The notes under the pieces: model-generated
What the model was told of the DNA's origin: nothing
The model's input: the letters and a program-made list of their open reading frames with translations, nothing else
Databases searched by the model: none
Shown here: one piece after another, positions 33,646 through 41,700 of the stretch
How positions within the stretch are numbered: position 1 is the stretch's first letter
Layout: the number at the start of each line of letters is the position of its first letter
Source of the DNA: Corallochytrium limacisporum Hawaii
Lineage: Eukaryota; Protista; Pluriformea
NCBI GenBank assembly: GCA_002811645.1
Contig: PDIP01000011.1
Span: 128,435-192,434, forward strand
Reading direction: 5' to 3'
DNA: 64,000 nucleotides
Program-made: the position numbers and the translations under genes

Positions 33646-34608
33646 TCAGACAGGAGGCACACCGAGGTACGCCCGGAGCTGCTCAAAGACCATGAAGCTA
33701 ACAATCGTGTGCGGTCCCAGGCGCATCCAGTTGGGCAGGAAGCCCTTATACAGCGCCAGGGGACCTTCTGCACGTATGGTCTTTCGGATGCAGTCGAGGG
33801 TTCCGGTGTACCTCGGGTTTTCCTTTGGCTGGTTCATGATGCGCGACTTAACAGTGTCCATGGGAGCGGATATACCGGATCCAACAAAGCCAGCAATCAT
33901 ACTGGCAGCCATGTGCAAGGGGAAACCTTCATGGAGCAGTTCGTAGTCTAGAATAGTATGCTTGCTGTGATCGTACGCGGTCAACTGTCCCATGGTTACG
34001 AGGGCAGCGCGCATGACTGTGGGCCCGACACCGGTATAGAGTCCGAGGAAGCCTTCCTGCCGCCAAATCTGCATGAATGCATCCGCGACGTTGCGATACC
34101 GCGTGCCGTTGATATCTGCCTGCATACGCACCTTAATCAGGTCAGTGGGGTTGGTGATGCTAGCTCCGACGATGCCACCCATGGCAGACGCCGCCATCTT
34201 AATATGAAGCGGTGTGTTCCTCCGATCGTGTGCTCCCAGCATTTCCTTGAACAGTTCATAGGAACCCATGCGTAAACCAGAGTAAGTTGCCTCACGCAGG
34301 TTGGCAGCAGCAAGTCCCTTATACAGGCCAGAGATTCCCTCATTTCTTGCGATCGTGTACATGCCCGAGATCCAGCCGTTATATGTGCGGCTTGCTGCAG
34401 TGAGGCGGGTTCCCTCACCCTGAAGTTGGAGCCTAACCTTCATGACGTCCACGGGATTTGTAAAGGTTGCACCACAAACATTTGACACGGCAGCAAGACC
34501 AAAACGCATGACCCGAACTTCTTCATGCGTCCACCGGTGCCCCGTGTGCGGTTCGGTGGCAATCTTGGTCTGCAGGGTTTGGAGAGGACTTTGCTCCTGC
34601 TTCTCCAT
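33646..34608 (-). CDS. Mitochondrial carrier (SLC25; UCP/oxoglutarate/dicarboxylate clade)
   Basis: Three PxDxxKxR signatures (NPVDVMKVR, NPTDLIKVR, APMDTVKSR); RLGPHT. Confidence 0.93.
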   Translation of the reverse strand: MEKQEQSPLQTLQTKIATEPHTGHRWTHEEVRVMRFGLAAVSNVCGATFTNPVDVMKVRLQLQGEGTRLTAASRTYNGWISGMYTIARNEGISGLYKGLAAANLREATYSGLRMGSYELFKEMLGAHDRRNTPLHIKMAASAMGGIVGASITNPTDLIKVRMQADINGTRYRNVADAFMQIWRQEGFLGLYTGVGPTVMRAALVTMGQLTAYDHSKHTILDYELLHEGFPLHMAASMIAGFVGSGISAPMDTVKSRIMNQPKENPRYTGTLDCIRKTIRAEGPLALYKGFLPNWMRLGPHTIVSFMVFEQLRAYLGVPPV

Positions 34609-34623
34609 TCTTGCAAATGGTGT

Positions 34624-34734
34624 CTAAAATTCTTTAAAAGTACCGTCACAGATTGACATGGGAAAATACCTACCAATGTTTCATACCATTATATTGTGAT
34701 CCCTAAAGTAGCACTCCGGAAACAATACACTTAC
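34624..34734 (-). other. Probable 111-nt spliceosomal intron in the 5'UTR of the carrier gene
   Basis: CAG|GTAAGT donor at 34734 and TTTTAG acceptor at 34624, 15 nt before the ATG. Confidence 0.5.
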
Positions 34735-35341
34735 CTGAATTAAACGACGGGTAAGGAATACGAAAAGACGTCAAAGAGCGAACTGTTCTTACTCTTACGA
34801 AAGGGCCGTGGGTGCCAAACGGACTAAGACCTGGGGAGAAAAGTGGTGGAGGAAGAGCGATAGGGAGAACCCTTTGGCCATCATAGGGGAAAAAAATTAA
34901 TCCCAGGGGTCCCCCAAAAAGTATAAAAAAATGTATCCACCTGACCCAGGGCTCGTCTGATGAAAACTGTACGCAGCGTTCGCCTCCGCATACGCACTGT
35001 GAGAAATCTGTCTGTGTCTTAGGGGACGGCGAGGGGGCGGTTGTGAACCCCCGCGGGGGGGGGGGGTCGCACCACTGAAATCGCTCGCGCTCGGTACATA
35101 GAGTATGGAGGTAAGCTGCGGTGCGATGTTGATTGGGTCTTGATTTGTCTTTTCTTATGGTAAAACTATGACGAAAATGATTCCGTTGGAATCAGTATAG
35201 CCAAGAAAGACAATATATTATGTATATACAATGGAAATGGGATCACCGAATCTACAACTCTGGTCCGGCGTCTGTGGGGCTTAGGAATGTTCGGTTTTCA
35301 TCGGTCTTTGTTGCCTATCGTAGTGGGCTTTGTCATGGTCC

Positions 35342-36199
35342 TTACCGGCGGCCGATCTTAACCTCCCGTTGCATGGTGCGGATTCGAGCGCCGAGGTCGT
35401 CTGGAGTTATCGCACTGTCTGTGATCACATCCGGTTCCAAATTGTTACTGCGACAGCCGGTCGTTGCGGCGCCTCCGATGCAGATGAAACCGCAGAGGTT
35501 TCCCTTGTTGAATTCTTCCGCCCATTGGTGACCGGTCAGCAACGCATTGGCACTCATGGACTCATAGAAGACTGTGGTCAGCTGGGCATCGCCCGCACGC
35601 ACAATCTCCCAGTACTTTTCGACGTTTTCCTGGAGGGTATACACGTCGAATACACGCCACTGAACTATCTTGACGTCCGCCTTACACTTTGCCATCATCT
35701 GCCAAAGATTACGGCTCGTATCGAGGTTGCCCGCAATCATCAACACTCTCTTCGAATTGTCAAGGACATCCGGCCAGTACTTGCCGAGTTCGTAGGTCAT
35801 ATCGGTTGCATTCTTTTCGACTAGTTTGGGTTCACTACCCCACAGTTTTGATGCCGAAGCTGCTGTGGTCCGCCCGATGACAAACATGGGCAGTTTCTTC
35901 CACGACTCTGGCATTTCGATTCCTTTTCGGATGATCGCATCAGCTGCACGTTTGTCCGTGAAGACAACTCCATCGTAATTGGATGCGTTGTCTGCCCGCA
36001 TTGTTTCTTCAATATCCTTCGCTACATCGTAGTTTGTCTTCAGGGAAGGCAGATGGGTCACCTCTCCTACTGATGCTTCCTTCAGGACTGGGCCATACTC
36101 ATCACCCTCTTCATCTGTAACAAGAATCACCTGTTGTGGCAAATCTGTCTTCTTAGTAGAAGAACCAAACCACCCGAAAACTATGTTTTTTGTATTCAT
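35342..36199 (-). CDS. Uroporphyrinogen-III synthase (HemD/UROS)-like, divergent
   Basis: YDGVVFTDKRAA, FVIGRTTA, LMIAGNL, VYTL, ICIG spacing matches the HemD fold, with several conserved residues changed. Confidence 0.65.
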   Translation of the reverse strand: MNTKNIVFGWFGSSTKKTDLPQQVILVTDEEGDEYGPVLKEASVGEVTHLPSLKTNYDVAKDIEETMRADNASNYDGVVFTDKRAADAIIRKGIEMPESWKKLPMFVIGRTTAASASKLWGSEPKLVEKNATDMTYELGKYWPDVLDNSKRVLMIAGNLDTSRNLWQMMAKCKADVKIVQWRVFDVYTLQENVEKYWEIVRAGDAQLTTVFYESMSANALLTGHQWAEEFNKGNLCGFICIGGAATTGCRSNNLEPDVITDSAITPDDLGARIRTMQREVKIGRR

Positions 36200-37014
36200 A
36201 ATGATAGGTATGCGATCAGGTGTTCATCTGCTTTCATACCCACTATGGTTGTTATCAGGACCGTTCTGTGGTGTAGATTTCATTCATCTTCGCTTTCACA
36301 TAGCTGGAAGGCATCTAAAGGCTTACGAACTGCGTCAGTGACAACGACAGAAAAAGATGCTTACGGCGGCTCCAGATTGGGCTCTCCGGTGCCAAAAAGC
36401 CTGAGCCCGACCCGGGGGCGCAGGGCAACCGAACCGGTCTGCTCCGGGGAATGAGAGCCCGACGGGGCTTCCTCGCAGTGTGCGATCTCATACCGAATGT
36501 GGCACAGGAATCACACGCCTGTGTGCTCAGCTGCCCGAGCCTCGGACGGGCCGAAGAGAGATGGTGGTGTTGCCCCCGGGGGGGCAAGGGGGGGGGAGAG
36601 GAGAGGGGAAACTAAATTCAAATGTATGACAAATTTAAGGTTTTCAGTTATTTTGTGTTGTGAAATCAAAAGGGAAAAACAAAGGAAAGGGGGGTGGCAA
36701 AACCAAAGGGGCCGAGCGCCCCGAAGCCATTCGATTGGTCGAAACTGGCTTTGTTGGGGATTTCTTCGGGCTCTGTTGTGCCTTTACGCCTTACTTGATA
36801 CAGCGTAGCCGGCCACGAAGAACGGCTAGTCCGGAAGGCGAGTTTGCGATTCGTTTGAAGGGTTTCTTGTTCGAACCACATGTTAGGTCACATTGGCTTT
36901 TGTTAACAATTTGAGCAATAGCTATTTAAGGTGTACATGTATTACGACAGAAATAACCAAAGACGCAGGCGTGCGGAAGCGTAAGCTTGAAAGCGGATTG
37001 AATAAACTGTCATC

Positions 37015-37575
37015 ATGGCCGCTCATGATCTTTTGGCGGCACGGCCCATGCAGGGCTACCACAGCAGCCTGAACGAAACGGAAGTGCAATTGATTGGCAA
37101 TCTACCCATTCTGCCGCTGCGCAAATCAACATACAAGGGACCGGCTCCCGTCGCTCCTGAAGGTGTCGAGGACATCGTTGATGAGACTCTAGCCACCTTC
37201 CGGGCGAATGTTTTCTTTAAGAACTACGACATTCAGGGGCCAGCAGACCGTCTTCTAATCTACTTGACACTTTACACACAACTTGCTCTGCAGACCATTG
37301 CCAACTGCCAGAGTCGCAAGGATGCTGACAAACTTCTCTTCGCCTTGGCAAAAAGCGAGGTGGTGGAGAAGCCGGGAGACTCCAACTTTGTTATGGCCGG
37401 TCTGTACGATCTGCCTGAGACTGGTAAGCAGCAATTCTATGACTACCTCACACAAGTGAAGCACGTCCTCTCGGACCGTCTCTTGGACCGCTGCTTTCCC
37501 GATGACAAGCCCAATAAGTGGTGGCTGTCTTTCAGTCGGCGAAAGTTTATGAACAAGTCTCTGCGCGGTGCATAG
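37015..37575 (+). CDS. ARPC3: Arp2/3 complex subunit 3 (p21-Arc)
   Basis: YHSS, GNLPILPL, KGPAP, FRANVFFKNYDIQGPADRLLIYLTLY, KWWLSFSRRKFMNKSL; start may be 37048. Confidence 0.96.
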   Translation: MAAHDLLAARPMQGYHSSLNETEVQLIGNLPILPLRKSTYKGPAPVAPEGVEDIVDETLATFRANVFFKNYDIQGPADRLLIYLTLYTQLALQTIANCQSRKDADKLLFALAKSEVVEKPGDSNFVMAGLYDLPETGKQQFYDYLTQVKHVLSDRLLDRCFPDDKPNKWWLSFSRRKFMNKSLRGA

Positions 37576-37916
37576 AATGCGACCACTTTAGCAGCAAAGC
37601 CAGTACATGACAACTACATGTCGATACAAACATCAACGTATTAGAGCAGAATACAGAAAGCCCTATATTGCAAGATTAGAAGAGCTGCATGCCGCTCTTC
37701 GTTTGCCCTCACTCCATTATGAATGCCAGATACCGCCGCCGGTCTCTAGACCTGATGGACCTGTTTGGCCCTGTGCACAAATCCTGTTCCTGTCATAACA
37801 GTCTACATCAATTAGAGGTCTTCGGTGATGGACTATGACCATGTTGATGGTGATTGGCCATGCCTACCCGGCTCGTGTCAGCTGTGGGATTTGGTACTGA
37901 GCCAGAATCGAAAACG

Positions 37917-37938
37917 AAAAAAAAAAAAAAAAAAAAAA
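37917..37938 (-). terminator. Pol III oligo(T) terminator of the tRNA gene
   Basis: T22 run on the minus strand, 31 nt after the discriminator. Confidence 0.75.
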
Positions 37939-37969
37939 GGTACTTCCCTACCAACCCTGCGACCAAAGA

Positions 37970-38130
37970 TAGCGGCGGACAGTTTCGATCTGTCGACCTA
38001 TACCCCGAAAATTCACTGGAGGCAAATCCAGTCAAGTCTACGAAGAGTAATTTCGTATGGGTGGCCTAATAAATAAACTCGTAGTTCATTCACTATGAGC
38101 CCATCGCTCTAACCACTGAGCTACGCCGCT
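37970..38130 (-). tRNA. Initiator tRNA-Met(CAT) with two introns; exons 38130-38094, 38062-38057, 37999-37970; introns 38093-38063 (31 nt, 37/38) and 38056-38000 (57 nt, 43/44)
   Basis: Acceptor AGCGGCG/CGCCGCT (A1:U72); D arm GCTC-AGTGGTTA-GAGC; anticodon stem ATGGG/CCCAT with three G:C pairs; T arm GACAG-ATCGAAA-CTGTC (A54, A60); removing both inserts gives a perfect 73-nt cloverleaf. Confidence 0.92.
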
Positions 38131-38181
38131 CTGAGGTTGCAAGGTTGGTACTGGGAGTACCGGTCTCACATGGGGGAAAAA

Positions 38182-38193
38182 TTAATATATAAA
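38182..38193 (-). promoter_or_regulatory. TATA-like element upstream of the tRNA precursor
   Basis: TTTATATATTA on the minus strand, about 20-30 nt before the start of the leader stem. Confidence 0.45.
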
Positions 38194-38774
38194 TTGCTGT
38201 GACAGTGACCGAGAGTATGAAGAGACAAGGTCGGGAGGCGCTTGGCCAGCCACGCGAGCAGTGTGTACCGGTGGGTGAGGGGTGGGGGTGAGTCTCTCAC
38301 ACACACACGGGGAACTCACACTCCCACTGTCCACCGCCATGAGGCGGGTGTCAATGCGAGTGTGGACCCCGTTGGGAGCTTACAGCAAGGACTTTGTCAC
38401 TCGTGTAAGACCGTGGTTTTGGATTGTGTTCTGTGCCTTCTTGAGTTCATGCGTGTGCATAACCAATAATGAATCCTGAGATGAACGTCTTGACAGGTTT
38501 TGTTGTTTGGAGCGGTTACGGTAGGCATGTCGGTTTGCTATATGATGGTACTTCAGAATGCATGGTCTATCAATGTACACAACACAACTGTAGTAAACGT
38601 TACTCCATTTCAAAGAGCATATTAGGGATACAACCATTATATGGGTGTTCTAAGAACACAGGATGTAGGAAGAACCAGTTGCAAGATGAACTAGTAGGTT
38701 GCAAGAGACTAGATCATTCATCTGCTCTCCCACTATTTGTTAGATCAAATTGGTTACACATATTGCATAGAACC

Positions 38775-41700
38775 ATGAGCCAATACCAGGACGGGTTTAC
38801 ACTTAGTAAGCCCCTGCAGACCAGGGTTGGTGTAGACCGAGTCACATTTGCTATATACTCTCGGGAGGAACTGCTGCGTATCTCAGTCAAGGAAGTGCAT
38901 GATCCGGTTCTCTTTGATGCATTGGGTCAGCCCACATCCGGTGGCCTATACGACCCTGCCCTGGGTCCCATAGGTAAAGATGACATCTGTGGCACCTGCT
39001 CGCTAAACTTTGTCCACTGTCCTGGACATGTGGGCCACATCATGCTACCCGTGCCTGTGTACAACCCTTTATTGCTTTCCGCGCTGCTGATGGTGATTCG
39101 GGCGCAGTGCCTGAACTGTGGGCGTATGAAAGAACACCCACTGCGCGTTTATGCGTTTGTGCTTGCCTTGCGATTACTGGACCGCAACCTGCTGCAGGAT
39201 GCGATGAATCTGCAGGACGAGTATACGCCGAGAGGGCGAGACGAAGACGAGCTCAAGGACTCTCTGAATGGATTCTATGACAGGGCGCTCAAACGGGCGA
39301 AGCAAAACAGTGCCGGAGGCAACAACCAGGATGGCAACACACAGCACATACAGGCTTACCGCCATGAACTGGTTGGTAGCTTTATGCGGCATGCCATGGC
39401 CATCAAGAAATGCCATCTGTGCCAAGCCCACGCACAGACCTTCACGAAAGAAGGCTCTGGGAATCTTTTTGTGAAGCCTTTGCCTGCCAAGTTTCGTACA
39501 GCCATGACTCAGTTGCTGATCCTTGAGGATGGAGTGAGTAAAGTGTCGCACATTAGTCAGATCCAGAGCAACAAGTACCTAACGCCGCTGGCGGCTCGTG
39601 AGTATCTGCGCAAGCTCTGGTACCGGGAGCCCCAGTTCGTGGAGGTCATGTATGGTCGCGACAGCACAGCGGACATGTTCTTTGTCGATGTGCTGCCCGT
39701 GATTCCAAGCCGTTTTCGTCCTCCTTCCAAGGCCGGTGACATGATCACAGAAAACCCGCAGAATGTACACATGGGTAGGATCTTAAACGACATTGTAAAT
39801 CTCAAGCGGCAACAATTGAACACAACGGGTAAGGACAATGCCAAGGACGCTGTACAGTCGGGCACAGAGAGCAACAAAGTTGCAGACACTGCTGATCTGC
39901 GCCGTATGTTAAACGCCTACGCACAGCTGCAGAACGATGTCTGTGCTCTGATGGATAGCTCAATGTCCAGTAATGTGCCTGGGACAGTCCAACAGCCTGG
40001 TGTGCGCCAGATTCTGGAACGCAAGGAAGGTATCTTTCGCAAGCACATGATGGGTAAGCGTGTCAACTATGCTGCCCGATCGGTCATTTCACCGGATCCG
40101 TGCATCGATGCCCGTGAGGTTGGTCTTCCGTTAGTCTTTGCGACCAAACTTACTTTTCCAGACCCCGTTACGGACTACAACGTCGAAGTTCTGCGCCAAG
40201 CCGTCATTAACGGACCGGACGTATACCCCGGAGCCACTCACGTGCGGCACGAAAATGGCAGCCTCAGTGCGCTTGGAAACTTCTCTAGGGACGGTCGCAT
40301 AGCGTTAGCCAACCTGCTGCTCACACCCACTGCTTCCAGCGACCACGGCAAGAGCACCAATAGCATGCTTCGGCCACGCAAGGTAGTTCTGCGCCACATA
40401 AAGAACGGCGATATGCTGCTTGGTAACCGTCAGCCCACCCTGCATAAGCCGTCCATCATGGGTCATGTCGCCCGCATCCTGCCCGGAGAAAAAACCATCC
40501 GTCTGCACTACGCTAACTGTAATACGTACAATGCTGATTTTGATGGAGATGAGATGAATCTACATTTCCCACAGGACCTGCAGGCGCAGGCGGAAGCTAG
40601 AGAGATCACAATGGCCGATCACCAGTACATTTCAACCACCGATGGAAAGCCGCTACGTGGTCTGATTCAGGATCACGTCATCGCCGGTACACGTCTCAGT
40701 TCCCGTGATGCATTCTTCTCGCGTCAAGAATATCAGAGTCTCCTTTGTGCTGCTTTCCCGCGGGCCGTCGATGCGTTCATCACGCAGCCCCCTGCTCTCT
40801 TGAAGCCCAAACAGTTCTGGACCGGCAAGCAGGTGTTAAGTACAGTACTTGCCAACGTGACGCGAGGCATGGAGCCTCTAAACTTGGTAAGCAAGTCTCG
40901 TTTGCCCGGCAAGATGTGGGGAGAGAGCAACGCGGAGGAAGGCATTGTCATTTTTAGTGGCGGCGACCTGATGCAAGGCATTCTGGACAAGAGCCAGTTT
41001 GGTGCCAGTGCCAAGGGTATGGTGCACGCCGTACATGAATTGTACGGATCCATGGTGGCCGGTGACCTGCTTAGTTGCCTCGGACGCCTATTTAACGCAT
41101 ACCTGCAAATGCAAGGCTTCACACTGGGCATCAGTGACATGATCTTGAATCTGCCCGGAAAAACCACGCGCCGGAAGATGTTGGACGAGGTCCAGAAGGA
41201 GAAGGGTATTCCAGAAGCCCACGAATTCCTTGGAACGTCATTGCCCAAGAAAAAGGGAGACAAAGGTTTCAGTGAGGAAGAAGCTGCAGCTGTCCGTTCC
41301 GCTCTCAGTTACCGTCTCACTAGTGCTCAGGAGCGAGCGGCCTTTGACGCGGTGATGAAGGGCAAGTTGAACGGGGTCACGTCCAATGTGATTGCGACCT
41401 GTCTGCCCAATCTATTACACAAGCCATTCCCGCTGAATAACTTGGCATTCATGGTCAACACCGGTGCCAAGGGTTCTAGTGTGAACTTTTCACAGATTGC
41501 CTGTCTGCTCGGACAGCAGGAATTGGAAGGCAAGCGTGTACCGGTCATGGCAAGCGGCAAGACCTTGCCCAGCTTTGTCGCCTACGATTCCAGTCCCCGA
41601 AGCGGCGGCTTTGTACGTCAACGTTTCATCGGCGGTCTGCGTCCACAGGAGTACTTCTTCCATTGTATGGCTGGTCGTGAGGGATTAGTTGATACGGCTG

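Noticed and set aside
34726-34737. ACTTACCTG resembling the U1 snRNA 5' end
   Set aside because: No U1 stems or Sm site follow; better explained as a minus-strand splice donor
38469-38774. 102-codon in-frame N-terminal extension of the Pol I subunit
   Set aside because: Composition is not protein-like and homology starts after the ATG at 38775
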